Virus record (IMG/VR): IMGVR_UViG_3300028454_001266
Direction: 5' to 3' (one strand)
Source of the DNA: an uncultured virus (IMG/VR IMGVR_UViG_3300028454_001266)
Lineage: Duplodnaviria > Heunggongvirae > Uroviricota > Caudoviricetes
DNA length: 64,000 nt
In this document: positions 19,610 to 29,699 of the stretch, in pieces
Layout: each line of letters begins with the position of its first letter
Position numbering within the stretch: position 1 is the stretch's first letter
Made by a program: the position numbers and the translations under genes
The notes under the pieces: model-generated
What the model was told of the DNA's origin: nothing
Database searches by the model: none
The model's input: the letters and a program-made list of their open reading frames with translations, nothing else

Positions 19610-20140
19610 ATGGCAGAAATAAACAAGCAGGACATGTTCTTCGGGGCAGCAATAAACCACCTTCTCAGCAAGAATGTCGATTCATACACCTCTCTGCTGG
19701 AAAGCACCGGCGAAGCGCGTCAGGCGCGCATGTACAAGATGCTCACAAGCACGAGCGAGGATTTCCGTATCTACATGAAGTACTGTAGTCACGGCACCAA
19801 GCTGCTCAGATCTGACACCACCACATGGCAGTTCTCTATCACCGATTCCGACCGCTCCCGTATTAGCGAGTGTATTTCCAGCGGCGAGAAGACGTACATC
19901 GTTCTCGTCTGCGGCTCTGAGAGTTATGTCGGCGGCGAGATTGTTGTTTTGACACAGAACGAGTTTCTCGCAGTCTCCCACAAGCAGAGCCTCACAATCA
20001 AGGTCAGAAAAGGCTGTCGGCAGATTGAGGTCGCCGAAAAGGGAGGCATCGGTCTGAAAATCGACAGAAACCGCAGCAGCAACAAGAAGCTAACAGATAT
20101 TGAGGACTGCAACAACCTTGAAAAATACAAAAACCAGTAG
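19610..20140 (+). CDS. Hypothetical protein
   Basis: ORF with GGAGGA RBS; alpha/beta pattern RIYMKY...WQFS...YIVLVCG. Confidence 0.7.
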   Translation: MAEINKQDMFFGAAINHLLSKNVDSYTSLLESTGEARQARMYKMLTSTSEDFRIYMKYCSHGTKLLRSDTTTWQFSITDSDRSRISECISSGEKTYIVLVCGSESYVGGEIVVLTQNEFLAVSHKQSLTIKVRKGCRQIEVAEKGGIGLKIDRNRSSNKKLTDIEDCNNLEKYKNQ

Positions 20141-20166
20141 GACGAAACATAGAGGAGGAATAAAAG

Positions 20167-20640
20167 ATGACAATCGATATTGCCCAAGTAAAAGATCGTA
20201 GATTCAAACGCTCAGATGAGCATATGCGCGCCATACCGTCCAACGCAAACAGCAATTACGAGTCCAATCTGCGCAAGCGGATAAAGGCATTTCCCGCTAC
20301 CGCCACTGCCGACGAACTTCTGTTCCTGCTTGAGCAGAACAGCCGTATCAATGGGACTAAGCTAAACGAGAAGAATCTCGAACGCTATGAGGCCATTAAA
20401 AGCATGCTTGCTTCATTCGCCAAAGGCTCCGACGATGTGTTCAAACTTGAAGAAGAGTCGCCTGTGCAGACGCGTATGATTGCAAATCTGCACCTGTATG
20501 TAGACGACCCCTTTGGACGAAGTAAAAAACGAATGAAGCTTATCTTAGATGCCATTGCGCTTGCAGACGAGTTCACAATCTCTACTGAGGACGGATTCAT
20601 CCAGCTGAGCTTCACGGTCTATGATATTTGGGAGGAATAA
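20167..20640 (+). CDS. Hypothetical protein
   Basis: 157-aa ORF with AGGAGG RBS, co-oriented with the previous gene. Confidence 0.7.
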   Translation: MTIDIAQVKDRRFKRSDEHMRAIPSNANSNYESNLRKRIKAFPATATADELLFLLEQNSRINGTKLNEKNLERYEAIKSMLASFAKGSDDVFKLEEESPVQTRMIANLHLYVDDPFGRSKKRMKLILDAIALADEFTISTEDGFIQLSFTVYDIWEE

Positions 20641-20684
20641 ATGCCACGAGTAATGTGCTATAAATGTACCATCATATACGAAGA

Positions 20685-20719
20685 AGCGCCCACGACACCA
20701 AAATGGCATCGTGGGCGCT
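20685..20719. terminator. Hairpin between convergent genes
   Basis: AGCGCCCACGA...TCGTGGGCGCT. Confidence 0.6.
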
Positions 20720-20723
20720 CGTG

Positions 20724-21230
20724 TCAAGCGTCTCTAGTCAGGTAGATGTGCAGCTTTCGCCGGATACGGTCAAATCTTCGGGCAACCGCCTTGAACGTGA
20801 TTCCTCTGTTCCTGGCAATTTCGGAGTAGGTATGCCCCTCGTACCTGAGCCGCAGCACGTCGAGCTGTTTCTCGGTCAGCTGATCCGTGAGATAGTCCCA
20901 TAGGTCGGCTGCGCCGGTCAGGTCGAATGCCGGAGGCTCGCGGAACAGTTGGTCATAGGAGACGACTGGGGGAGTCCTGCCGTCTGCTCGCATGATGTTG
21001 GAAAGCTCGGAGTGCAAATGATACCACAGGATTGTGGAGAATCTGTACTTCCTGCGCAGTTTCTCACTGTTCAGATACCGCTGCACGGTTTTCAGGTATC
21101 GGATTGACATCTGACCGTACAACTCATCGTCCAGATGATAGCTGCGCATGAACCGCATCAGCAGACCATGATTTGATTCGGCAAAATCGCGCTCGGCTGG
21201 GGTGAGGGTGGCTTCTCCCACGGAGATCAC
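20724..21230 (-). CDS. Sigma-70/ECF-like factor with region-4 HTH
   Basis: FAESNHGLL...YLKTV...FSTILW...LTEKQLDVLRLRYEGHTYSEIA. Confidence 0.75.
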   Translation of the reverse strand: MISVGEATLTPAERDFAESNHGLLMRFMRSYHLDDELYGQMSIRYLKTVQRYLNSEKLRRKYRFSTILWYHLHSELSNIMRADGRTPPVVSYDQLFREPPAFDLTGAADLWDYLTDQLTEKQLDVLRLRYEGHTYSEIARNRGITFKAVARRFDRIRRKLHIYLTRDA

Positions 21231-21778
21231 CCCGTCTCCTTCGCAGCGTTTTCGATTACCTCGTCCATGCCGCCGATGATCTCTGCGATGGCCTCAATAG
21301 CGTGGTCGCTGTCGAGGGCCCACATGAGATCGTAGAATTGGCCGCACGGGTCGATAGCGAAGCATTCATACCAGTTGTTGTTCAGCAGTTCCAGCCGATA
21401 CTTGCTGTGCTGGCCGTTGATCGCGGCGTAAAGGGCTTTGTCCGTCTTGATGTAGGGCTGAAGCTCTTCACCGAGCCGGCCGGCGTTGTTCTTGTCCTTG
21501 ACATACAACAGCCAGTCCTCGGGATTGCCTTTGCGGTAAAGGCCCGCATAGACGTCACCGCAGGCATAGAGCTCGAATGTCCATCCCTTGTAGCGGATAT
21601 TCGCGATCTCGCCGCCGTACCAGAGGGAGCTGTATTGGTTCTTGCGAAGCTCCTCCGTTATCTCAACGACAATGGGCGCGTCCAGCCCAGCGGGAGTCCG
21701 CTGCCCGGATGCTATCCAATGGTGCAGCGCTCCGCGTTGGCGTGCTGTGAGGCTCTTGCCAGTGAATCCGACGATCAT
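21227..21778 (-). CDS. Hypothetical protein
   Basis: 4-bp overlaps with both neighbours; operon-like. Confidence 0.7.
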   Translation of the reverse strand: MIVGFTGKSLTARQRGALHHWIASGQRTPAGLDAPIVVEITEELRKNQYSSLWYGGEIANIRYKGWTFELYACGDVYAGLYRKGNPEDWLLYVKDKNNAGRLGEELQPYIKTDKALYAAINGQHSKYRLELLNNNWYECFAIDPCGQFYDLMWALDSDHAIEAIAEIIGGMDEVIENAAKETG

Positions 21779-22326
21779 GCCACGCCTCCTTCCACCGTGC
21801 TCTGGAATATCTGCCGACGCATCAGAGCGTCGAACTTGTCGCGGTCGATGGCATGGAACTCACGCTCCCTGATATACAGGTGGAGCCGCACCGCGCGCAC
21901 CGCGTATTCGCAGAGATCAACGTAGTACAGAGGCAGGTTGGTATAGTTATAGCCGTGGCCCATAATGTCGAGAACCTCCTGCATTTCGAGCCAGTAGGTA
22001 CAAGACTCAAGGAAGAACTGCTCCTTGCCCTCGCGGTTGAAGGCTGCCTCGCCGATCCGCTTCTCTGTGAACAGATCCGTGGTGTAGCTCACGACGAAGT
22101 ACATGGGCTGGTCGCCGTCTTTGCTCGTCATATACAGGGAGAGCGAGTTCAGAAACAGGTTGACCTGCCGGAGCAGCTTGACGCGGTAGCTCAGCTCCTC
22201 GAAGAGCCAGTAGTATTTGCTGCCGGGGTCCGAGTAGCCACGCTCCACAGCGAGCTGGAGCCGTTCATTGTAGGCTTTCTGGATCTCACTGATCAGTTCC
22301 GTTCCGAGATAGTTCAACATCGTCAT
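21775..22326 (-). CDS. Hypothetical protein
   Basis: Start moved to MTMLNY with GGAGG RBS. Confidence 0.7.
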   Translation of the reverse strand: MTMLNYLGTELISEIQKAYNERLQLAVERGYSDPGSKYYWLFEELSYRVKLLRQVNLFLNSLSLYMTSKDGDQPMYFVVSYTTDLFTEKRIGEAAFNREGKEQFFLESCTYWLEMQEVLDIMGHGYNYTNLPLYYVDLCEYAVRAVRLHLYIREREFHAIDRDKFDALMRRQIFQSTVEGGVA

Positions 22327-22786
22327 CAACCTCCAATACAGCAATATTTTCGGGATACTTCGAGTCACGCGGGTCAAAGCCAAACGCCTGTCTGAACAGC
22401 TGCATGTACCGTTCACACGCCTCGGACGACGGCGGCACCCGCAGCGATGCGAGCGACCAGCACATCATTTCCTCCTCCGGCACGCTCCACGGCCCGGAAA
22501 CGAAGCCGTTCCCGGTGTAGCGCGGCTTGGGCTCGGCAAGGATCTCCTTGACCTCGGCCACCGTCGATGCCTTCTTAATCAGCTTGAGCCGCTTCATAAG
22601 CGCGACGTGAACCAAGTCGCTGCGAAAACCCTCGGAGCGATACTTTCGTGATCTTCGCCATGCGTCGGTCAGGGCTTCCGCCTTGGCGTCAGCGAGGCTT
22701 TTCGAGCAAGAGCTTGGGTCAGGCATGGCAGCGACGCACTCAACAAACTCAAAGATTTCGTCAATTTCGGGGTTATTAACAAACAT
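22286..22786 (-). CDS. Hypothetical protein
   Basis: Start MFVNNP with AAGGAGG RBS. Confidence 0.7.
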   Translation of the reverse strand: MFVNNPEIDEIFEFVECVAAMPDPSSCSKSLADAKAEALTDAWRRSRKYRSEGFRSDLVHVALMKRLKLIKKASTVAEVKEILAEPKPRYTGNGFVSGPWSVPEEEMMCWSLASLRVPPSSEACERYMQLFRQAFGFDPRDSKYPENIAVLEVDDDVELSRNGTDQ

Positions 22787-22858
22787 AGACACCTCCTTAA
22801 CCGTGAGGGGACGACGCTTGCGCATCGCCCCCTCAATCTCATTGCTTCTTTTTTGTGC

Positions 22859-23047
22859 TCAAGTGAAATCGTGCCTTCTGCCGAGCTCGTCGGTAGAATG
22901 GATCACATCCCAATCGATGCACTCCAGCTCGCCGAAGTCGGCGTCGCTCGCTTTCACACAGGCCAATTCCTTGGCCTCCTGGAGCGAGCTCGCCTCAACA
23001 GTGACGTAGTAGCGTCCGTCGATGCGGAGTCCGACATCGTACTTCAT
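22859..23047 (-). CDS. Small DpnD/PcfM-like protein
   Basis: MKYDV...YVTVEASSLQEAKELA pattern. Confidence 0.55.
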   Translation of the reverse strand: MKYDVGLRIDGRYYVTVEASSLQEAKELACVKASDADFGELECIDWDVIHSTDELGRRHDFT

Positions 23048-23907
23048 TCGCCCACCTCCGGCGCTGCTGGGATTTCGCAGGCAGAGCTGTCCTCATCGTT
23101 GTCGGTCTGCATCGAGGCGACATACTCATCGTAGTCATAGCCCCAGACTTCGCAGGCCAGCTTGAGCGGATTCGGCAGACACTCGTCTTCAGTGAAGGCG
23201 ATAACGCCGTTCTCCGCCTCCCAGAGCCCGCAGTTGCGGCCCATGTCCTCGTCTGCCCAGCGCCCGGAGAAGCGGATATACGGATACGTCTCAGCCAATG
23301 CCGTGAAAATGGGTGACGGCATACTCCAAGCGGTGTCAAAGGCGATGTCAAGAGTTGCAAGGCCGTTCTCGGTCTCGGTAATCATGCCGATCTCGTCATG
23401 GCAGGCGTTCCACTTGGTGCCCCAGTTGTCGCAGCACCAGTCGTACCAGTCGATACTTCCGTACTCCGCGAGGTTGGTGTAGTACACCTTGCCGTGTCTG
23501 GCGTATGCCTCGAAGGTTTCCTCCGGGAACTCCATGAAGTCGATGCCGTCCGTTGACAGGTCGATCAGCTCTGGGTCGATGGCATCCAAGCCATGCTCTT
23601 TCAGCCATTTGTCACGGAGCTCCGTGGCTTTCTTGAAGTCGCGGTCAAAGCTCTCCGTGCTGTAATACGGCTTCGTGGCGAGGAACGCCCCGACTTTGCA
23701 GTTGATCTCATAGTCGCCCATGAGCATGCTGTAGGCCAGCAGCGCGGCTTCCGTGCTGGAGCCGCTTACGATATGAAGCGATTCTGGCATCGGAATGATC
23801 TCATTGAAGTCGAAACCCTGGTCGTTGCCCTCAACATGGCTCAGCAGCGTGTGCAGCGCGTCAGCGCTGCCGCTGAGCCTGATCTCGTTTCTTACCCAGT
23901 TAGGCAT
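23044..23907 (-). CDS. DUF1281/YubB ferredoxin-like family protein
   Basis: MPNWVRN..., FDFNEIIPMP, WYDWCCDNWGTKWNA, FDTAWSMP. Confidence 0.8.
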   Translation of the reverse strand: MPNWVRNEIRLSGSADALHTLLSHVEGNDQGFDFNEIIPMPESLHIVSGSSTEAALLAYSMLMGDYEINCKVGAFLATKPYYSTESFDRDFKKATELRDKWLKEHGLDAIDPELIDLSTDGIDFMEFPEETFEAYARHGKVYYTNLAEYGSIDWYDWCCDNWGTKWNACHDEIGMITETENGLATLDIAFDTAWSMPSPIFTALAETYPYIRFSGRWADEDMGRNCGLWEAENGVIAFTEDECLPNPLKLACEVWGYDYDEYVASMQTDNDEDSSACEIPAAPEVGE

Positions 23908-23952
23908 AATTCACATTCCTTTCTATCCTTGCGGTTTGTTTCTGAATCGCGC

Positions 23953-24603
23953 TCATCTTCCGGCAGCGGCGGACCGCTGCACGTCGAGGAGCTGGGCGGC
24001 GTCGCGGATGCGCTTCGGGCCGTTGGTCAGCTCCCAGGCGTCGATGTACCTGCAAACCTGCGTCATCAGGCAGAAGAAGTCGTAGTCGTTGATGTTCACG
24101 AACACGGAACGCTCCTTCTTGTAGGAGCCCTTCTTCATGTGGATGCCGCCAATCTGCGTGGTTTCCTTGACGCCCTTGCCGTTCTCAACGATGATGCACC
24201 ACGGATAGTTCCGGGGCTTGCCATCGGTTCCGATCGACGCGCGCTTGATCGACGTCTTCGTGACCTTGCTCAGCCCGTTCTCATCCGGCTCGCCGAAGAT
24301 CTTGTCCTCGGTGAAGTCGAACAGCTCGACGCCCATGTTCACGCGGCTGAGCGCGTAGGCGAAGAACTCCGGGGAGAGGTTGGCCGCGACGCGGATGGTC
24401 TTGTCGCCGGTGCCGTTCGAGTAGTCCTGAAGCACCATGCCGATGCAGGAGCGTCCGCACCTGCTGTCGCCCAGCTTTTCGCCCTGGGCGTGGATGTGCG
24501 CGTAATACTCGACCGGAGCGGGCTTCAGCTTGTCATTGAACTCAACGAGCTTCTTATTCGTCATGTAGATGGCGATCTGTTGCTGGATACGATTCTCTTC
24601 CAT
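23953..24603 (-). CDS. Hypothetical protein
   Basis: 216-aa ORF with AAAGGA RBS, codon usage like its neighbours. Confidence 0.75.
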   Translation of the reverse strand: MEENRIQQQIAIYMTNKKLVEFNDKLKPAPVEYYAHIHAQGEKLGDSRCGRSCIGMVLQDYSNGTGDKTIRVAANLSPEFFAYALSRVNMGVELFDFTEDKIFGEPDENGLSKVTKTSIKRASIGTDGKPRNYPWCIIVENGKGVKETTQIGGIHMKKGSYKKERSVFVNINDYDFFCLMTQVCRYIDAWELTNGPKRIRDAAQLLDVQRSAAAGR

Positions 24604-24651
24604 GATGTACCAGTCCTTTCTAAATACAGAAATGTGTGTTGTTACATGGAT

Positions 24652-25146
24652 TTACCAGTGGTAGTCAATGACGCCGCCCATGAAATAGCGCTTGCCGGGC
24701 ACCATGCGGCGCATCCAAGCAGTGTAGGGCGTCAAATCATAGGCCGCCGAGTCATAGACGTACAGACCGAACTTGTCATCGTAGCGGTCGCCAAGCAGCC
24801 AGACCATGTGATTGAGCTTGTTGGTGTCGCCGAAACCGCAGAACTCATCGAGAGTCATCTCGGAGAGAGCCTTGGCGGTTTCGATGAATTCCTTATAGCG
24901 ATCCTCAGCATCCACTTTCTTAGCTCCCTCATCGAATGTGATCCAGTTGCCGTCACGGACGCAGTGCTCGCCGAAGTCCTCCACAAAGGCATCCTTGATG
25001 CGCTCTGCGTACTTCTCGTCGATGTCGTCGGTATAGTCCGCAATCTCGCCGACAAAGCTTTCCGGCAGGTCATCGGCCTTAGCCCACTTGTCCCTGCGCA
25101 GAGGCTTTTGCAGATCCGGTACGATTTCAACAATCTTGCAATGCAT
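24652..25146 (-). CDS. Hypothetical acidic protein
   Basis: AAGGAGG RBS; ends ...GGVIDYHW. Confidence 0.75.
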   Translation of the reverse strand: MHCKIVEIVPDLQKPLRRDKWAKADDLPESFVGEIADYTDDIDEKYAERIKDAFVEDFGEHCVRDGNWITFDEGAKKVDAEDRYKEFIETAKALSEMTLDEFCGFGDTNKLNHMVWLLGDRYDDKFGLYVYDSAAYDLTPYTAWMRRMVPGKRYFMGGVIDYHW

Positions 25147-25158
25147 GATGTTCCTCCT

Positions 25159-25728
25159 TCACTCGTCGAAAACCACATAGATCCCGTCGATCTTCCCATC
25201 AGCGTCCGTGTGCTGCATGGCGTAATAGCCACCATCCCCAAATCCGGAGCTGGAGACCACGCCATAGGGCAGAACCCCAGCAGGCAGACGCGAGAACGTG
25301 ATGTCACAGCAGTGGTTGTACCACGCGTCGCCGTAACCGCTCTTGGCGGGCGTATCGAAGATGTCGTTGTCCTGATAGTGCGCGTCGTCGAAGATACCCG
25401 CCTGACCGGAATCAACTCCGACCTCAAACGGGCACTCCGACCAGCCGCCCTTGCCGCTGTTGGATTTGCGGTTGATCTGGGAGAACTTCGGGCCGGTCTC
25501 GGCATGGCGCGCAGCTAAGACGCCCATGCGATCACCGAACTGGTCCTCATCGCGGACGAACACGGCGGTTTCCCAAGTTCCGGTCTTGCAGTTCTCCACG
25601 GTGCCGCTGCACCAGACGTCGCGGTTGTATCCGGGATCACTGATCCGCATGACGGGCTGCGTAAGCTCGAAAGTGCCGAGCTCCGTCAGCGCGCCGGGAA
25701 AGATGCGCATTTTATCTGCTTTGTTCAT
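25159..25728 (-). CDS. DUF4241-like protein
   Basis: ISDPGY, VGVDSGQAGIFD, SSSGFGDGGY motifs. Confidence 0.75.
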   Translation of the reverse strand: MNKADKMRIFPGALTELGTFELTQPVMRISDPGYNRDVWCSGTVENCKTGTWETAVFVRDEDQFGDRMGVLAARHAETGPKFSQINRKSNSGKGGWSECPFEVGVDSGQAGIFDDAHYQDNDIFDTPAKSGYGDAWYNHCCDITFSRLPAGVLPYGVVSSSGFGDGGYYAMQHTDADGKIDGIYVVFDE

Positions 25729-25743
25729 TGCCTGATCCTCCAA

Positions 25744-26148
25744 TCAATCAAAACGATCCAAATTCTCTGAAATGGCCTTGTTCACGTAGTAGCTGAGCAT
25801 TGTGACCATAGCGCCCATGGCGAAGTACGCGAGCTTGTCGTCTCTGAGCGTCTTGAGCACGTAGATCAGCATCTGGTGTCCCAGAACACTCTGCTCCGTT
25901 TCGGGGAGCCAGTTTCCTCGCACACAGATGTGGCCGTAGATGCCCTCGCTCGCGCCGTACTGCACCGAACTGAACACGTCAAAGTCGAGACGCTTGAGCT
26001 TGCGGCTCTCCGCGTCATAGCTGACCATCTGGTAGTCCAGAATGTCAGTGTCCAGCTCGGATGAGAGCTCGTCTCGCTCCGCCATTTCCAGCGCCAGAGC
26101 CATCAGCTCCTTCACCGTGAAGTAGTTCTTTGCGGTGTCCTTGCTCAT
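25744..26148 (-). CDS. Hypothetical protein
   Basis: GGAGG RBS; YGASEGIY motif. Confidence 0.7.
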   Translation of the reverse strand: MSKDTAKNYFTVKELMALALEMAERDELSSELDTDILDYQMVSYDAESRKLKRLDFDVFSSVQYGASEGIYGHICVRGNWLPETEQSVLGHQMLIYVLKTLRDDKLAYFAMGAMVTMLSYYVNKAISENLDRFD

Positions 26149-26192
26149 AAGCAAAACCTCCAATATTCGGGAAAAGCGGGGACTTCGCGGAG

Positions 26193-26369
26193 CTAATCCA
26201 CGAAGTCCCAGTCACAATTCCACCTGAATTCTTCCCGAAGCAGGGAGTCGAGGAGTTCGTCGATGTACTCCTCGGCATCCCGACCCACGGGCACATTGAT
26301 CTCCATGACGATCTCCGGCGCGAAACAGCTCGGAAGCACGTTGATTCTGCGAGTAACTGAGCACGCCAT
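26193..26369 (-). CDS. Small acidic hypothetical protein (58 aa, not in ORF track)
   Basis: MACSVTRRINVLPSCFAPEIVMEINVPVGRDAEEYIDELLDSLLREEFRWNCDWDFVD; fills the operon gap. Confidence 0.65.
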   Translation of the reverse strand: MACSVTRRINVLPSCFAPEIVMEINVPVGRDAEEYIDELLDSLLREEFRWNCDWDFVD

Positions 26370-26371
26370 GC

Positions 26372-26578
26372 CTAACCACCTGCTTTCCGCAGGGATTTGG
26401 GCAGCACACGCGCCTCAAACCGCCATTTCCGTGCGTCGTTGCCGATCTTCTGGAACAACCGGGCTTCCGCGAGCATCGGAGTGTCTTCGCAGATGCCGAA
26501 CTGCCAGCATTTCCTGGCGTCGTTCCAGATACCGTACTTCTCGCCCGGGATGCCGTGGTAGTAGGTTTCAGCTTTCAT
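26372..26578 (-). CDS. Small hypothetical protein
   Basis: 68 aa, overlaps the upstream gene, GGAGG RBS. Confidence 0.65.
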   Translation of the reverse strand: MKAETYYHGIPGEKYGIWNDARKCWQFGICEDTPMLAEARLFQKIGNDARKWRFEARVLPKSLRKAGG

Positions 26579-26783
26579 CTGCTTCCGCCTCCTTTTCCAC
26601 GAACACGATGCCCTCGGCTTCGATGTCCACCTCGGTCATGCCTTTTTCGGCGAGGAACAGTTTTGCCTCGACCATATCAGGGAAGACACGGGGCTTGCCA
26701 TCGTCGCCAAGGACGTACTCGTTCCCGTTCAGGGAGATGCCATTGATGGGTCTGCCAATCATGAAGCTCATAATCATAATCAC
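26568..26783 (-). CDS. Small hypothetical protein
   Basis: IGRPINGISLNGNEYVLGDDG motif. Confidence 0.65.
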   Translation of the reverse strand: MIMIMSFMIGRPINGISLNGNEYVLGDDGKPRVFPDMVEAKLFLAEKGMTEVDIEAEGIVFVEKEAEADES

Positions 26784-26793
26784 CTCTTTTCTG

Positions 26794-28962
26794 TCACTTC
26801 GGTAGGTTGCGGGCGATCAGTGACGTCAGCATAACCGGGAGCTGGTTCAGATCCGTGATGTCCAGGAACCCGTTCCCGTAGATGCGCTCGATCCGGTCGC
26901 GGTCTTCGCCGATGGCTGCCGCGAAGATCTGCACACCCTTCCTGCTGTACTCCAACTTGATGCCGCGCAGGTCTGCTTCCGCCACTGTGCCGGAGTATCC
27001 GTCGTCGTTCGGCTGGCCGTCGCAGATGATAATGAGGATTTTCACCTCGGACACCTGCTTCGACAGCTTCTCTGCCACGAATCGGAGCGCTGCCCCGTCA
27101 CGGTTGCAGTCACGCGCGCTCATGTCCATCAGGCGGTATCTGTCCTTCCTGTCCACGGAGTCGAACTCCGCATACGAGAACAGCTCCACTCTGGAACTCC
27201 AGGCGGTGTGGCCCATGATCATGATGGGGATGCCCAGCTTCTCGCAGAAGTCCTGCACCACAATGGCGGTTGCCCTGGCCCTCGTGATCCGGTCGTTCCC
27301 GCACATGCTGCCCGACTCATCTACGAGCAGGGCAACGGACAGGTTGATCGGCTCGGTCGGGAGCCGGCTGTTGCAGAAGATCCGGCCATCGCTGCGGTGG
27401 AACGCATGCTGATTCAGCCGTTTGCCCACCAGCAGGCCCGTCTGCTTTCCGCCTTGGCGCTTGTCGTTGAGTACCGCGCTCACGCTGCGCTGCAAACGCT
27501 TCGAGAGCATGAGCAGCTGCGGCGCGACGGCGTTGTACTGATCCACAAGGTAGGGATCGACCCTCGACATGCGGTTGACCGTCACATGGACGTTCCGATG
27601 TGCGTTGCCGTAGCGAATGGAATTGGCTTCACGCTGGAGCTCTTCGGTCAGTTCTTCCTCCATCGCCTCGTGAACCTTGCCGGTCGCCATCTCATCAAGC
27701 ACACGCTCGATGTCTTCGGCGGCATGGTCGTAGCCATACCCGTCATACTCCGTGTTCGTCGTGAGTCCGCCGTCGCCGTCGCTTTCGATCTCAGAAGTGA
27801 GATGTGCGGCAATGCGCTTGGTTTCCTCCGCGAGAACACGCTCGACCTGCGCTCGGATGGCTTGGGTCTGGTTCTTGTCGGGGACAAAAGTGCCGGAAGA
27901 CGCGACTGCCGAGGTCTTCACTTGGAAGTTCGGCGCAGCCTCCGGGCGCTGGCTTTGGAGATCCTCATCAACCGCCTGCTTGGGGTCCTTGTCGCTGTCG
28001 TCATCATCGTCGTCTCCTGCCTGCTGCGGCACTCCGCTTGAGCCGACTCCGCCCGCGCCGGCAGCGGATTGCTGCTTCTGCTGGGCGTTGTTCATGCGGT
28101 CGCGGAGCACGTCAAAACAACGCTGCATCATCGGCCAGAGGTCGATAGCGATGTAGTTCACCGCCTCGCAGCGTGCGCGCGCATCAGGATCGAACAGGCT
28201 CTCGTCTACTACGGGGATGTAGCTGGTGAGCCGATCCAGGAACTCGCCGGTATAGCCGGATACGTTGTTCACGTCGCCGGCACGGACGTACTGGATCAGG
28301 AGATTCAGGACGATGTTGTGGTCGTAGATCTTCCGATTGATCATCGAGTCAATGTCCGGCGCGCGCTCGGCGAGCCGGAGGTTGTTCAGCGCAATCCCCT
28401 TGGCCGGCGTACCGGGGAACTCGGCAGAGTACCGGGCATCCACATAGCCGTCCTCAAGGATATTGGAAAGCGCCTTCACCGTGTCCATGATGACCATTTT
28501 CGGAACCTCGTCAGTGTCATCTGCCAGAGCATCCTGCATCTCGTCGGCGTACCGCTTCTGATCCGTGTTCAGGCCAGAAGGCAGCTTGGGGTAGAACTTA
28601 CCCTTTGCCGTTTTCGCAAAGAACGTGTGCCAGACCCTGTTATCGGTGAACAGGTTATGGCTGTTCTCGTGCGCGTCCATGCCCTCCAGACTGAGAGACC
28701 GGAGCCTGCGCGTGGGCAGGCTCCAAGTGATCTCGTTGCACGCGTTGATGAAGATGCCGTTGAAGTCCGTGAAAGCAGTCACGCTGCTCTCGTGGTCCGC
28801 CACCACTTTCACGTGGATAGGGCGGTTGTACCGCCTGGTCGCGGACTCGGTGATGTCGGTGAGATACGCCTGATACTCTCGCGAGGAGAAGAACTCCTCA
28901 TCGGTGATCTTGCTTTTCTCTTCCTCCACACGCTTTCGGACCCAGCGATGCGACGTCCTCAC
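26794..28962 (-). CDS. CobT-like vWA domain protein with N-terminal HExxH motif
   Basis: MIDAS LVDESGSM, NRDG, IIICDGQP; N-terminal AHENSH and NILEDGYV. Confidence 0.85.
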   Translation of the reverse strand: MRTSHRWVRKRVEEEKSKITDEEFFSSREYQAYLTDITESATRRYNRPIHVKVVADHESSVTAFTDFNGIFINACNEITWSLPTRRLRSLSLEGMDAHENSHNLFTDNRVWHTFFAKTAKGKFYPKLPSGLNTDQKRYADEMQDALADDTDEVPKMVIMDTVKALSNILEDGYVDARYSAEFPGTPAKGIALNNLRLAERAPDIDSMINRKIYDHNIVLNLLIQYVRAGDVNNVSGYTGEFLDRLTSYIPVVDESLFDPDARARCEAVNYIAIDLWPMMQRCFDVLRDRMNNAQQKQQSAAGAGGVGSSGVPQQAGDDDDDDSDKDPKQAVDEDLQSQRPEAAPNFQVKTSAVASSGTFVPDKNQTQAIRAQVERVLAEETKRIAAHLTSEIESDGDGGLTTNTEYDGYGYDHAAEDIERVLDEMATGKVHEAMEEELTEELQREANSIRYGNAHRNVHVTVNRMSRVDPYLVDQYNAVAPQLLMLSKRLQRSVSAVLNDKRQGGKQTGLLVGKRLNQHAFHRSDGRIFCNSRLPTEPINLSVALLVDESGSMCGNDRITRARATAIVVQDFCEKLGIPIMIMGHTAWSSRVELFSYAEFDSVDRKDRYRLMDMSARDCNRDGAALRFVAEKLSKQVSEVKILIIICDGQPNDDGYSGTVAEADLRGIKLEYSRKGVQIFAAAIGEDRDRIERIYGNGFLDITDLNQLPVMLTSLIARNLPK

Positions 28963-29315
28963 GCGCTGACACCTCCCTCGATGGGGGCGCAGATCATGTC
29001 ATAGACCATGTTGTGCAGCGCGCCTTCGAGGTCGATCATGACCTCTCCGCACGGCGCCGCGCCGTAGTACCAGAAGACACACTCGCCGATCCCGTGAAGG
29101 GAGATGCGCACGGGCACCTTGCAGCACTTCGGGTAATCCATCGGACGAACCGTGAACTCGACGCCGGAGCCGTTGAACACCGTGCCGAGCACGTCTCGGA
29201 CGTACTCAGCCGCGTTTTCGGGCGTGGTGTCCATGGCGTTCGGGCGCAGGGGCTCGGCGCAGTGGACGGCGACCGCAACAGCGATCTTGAAGAAAGTCAT
29301 GGGATCACATTTCAT
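28959..29315 (-). CDS. Hypothetical protein
   Basis: AGGAG RBS; overlaps the vWA start. Confidence 0.65.
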   Translation of the reverse strand: MKCDPMTFFKIAVAVAVHCAEPLRPNAMDTTPENAAEYVRDVLGTVFNGSGVEFTVRPMDYPKCCKVPVRISLHGIGECVFWYYGAAPCGEVMIDLEGALHNMVYDMICAPIEGGVSA

Positions 29316-29334
29316 GATGGTTCTCCTCCTCTAA

Positions 29335-29535
29335 TCAGTTGTTATTTGTGTGCCCCTGATCCCCCGCGAACGGGTTCTCAGCAGCAATCACGCATTCGTA
29401 GTGCAGACCCGCGTGGTCGTAGAAATCGACCTTCGCGGCAGCTTCTGCCAGGGCAGCGGTTCGGTACGAGGCTGTGGATACGCCGCAGCCTAGGAATTCC
29501 TCTCCGTACCAGTACTTGAAATAGATCCGGTACAT
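29335..29535 (-). CDS. Small hypothetical protein
   Basis: 66-aa ORF in operon. Confidence 0.55.
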   Translation of the reverse strand: MYRIYFKYWYGEEFLGCGVSTASYRTAALAEAAAKVDFYDHAGLHYECVIAAENPFAGDQGHTNNN

Positions 29536-29538
29536 CGC

Positions 29539-29685
29539 TCATTCATCCTCCTCAAGGTCGTCGCACTCGTTGTAGGCGTCGTCGATGAGGCGGCTGACGA
29601 TGCACCATTCGCACTCGCCGGCCTCGCAGAATGCGCAGAGCTTCGCCCTGGCATCGCAGAGTTCCGCCAATTCAGCTCGATCCAT
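29539..29685 (-). CDS. Small Cys-rich acidic protein (48 aa, not in ORF track)
   Basis: MDRAELAELCDARAKLCAFCEAGECEWCIVSRLIDDAYNECDDLEEDE; GAGGAGG RBS. Confidence 0.65.
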   Translation of the reverse strand: MDRAELAELCDARAKLCAFCEAGECEWCIVSRLIDDAYNECDDLEEDE

Positions 29686-29699
29686 ACCACACCTCCTCG

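Noticed and set aside
23593..25518. 641-aa plus-strand ORF
   Set aside because: Antisense to four well-formed minus-strand genes that have RBSs
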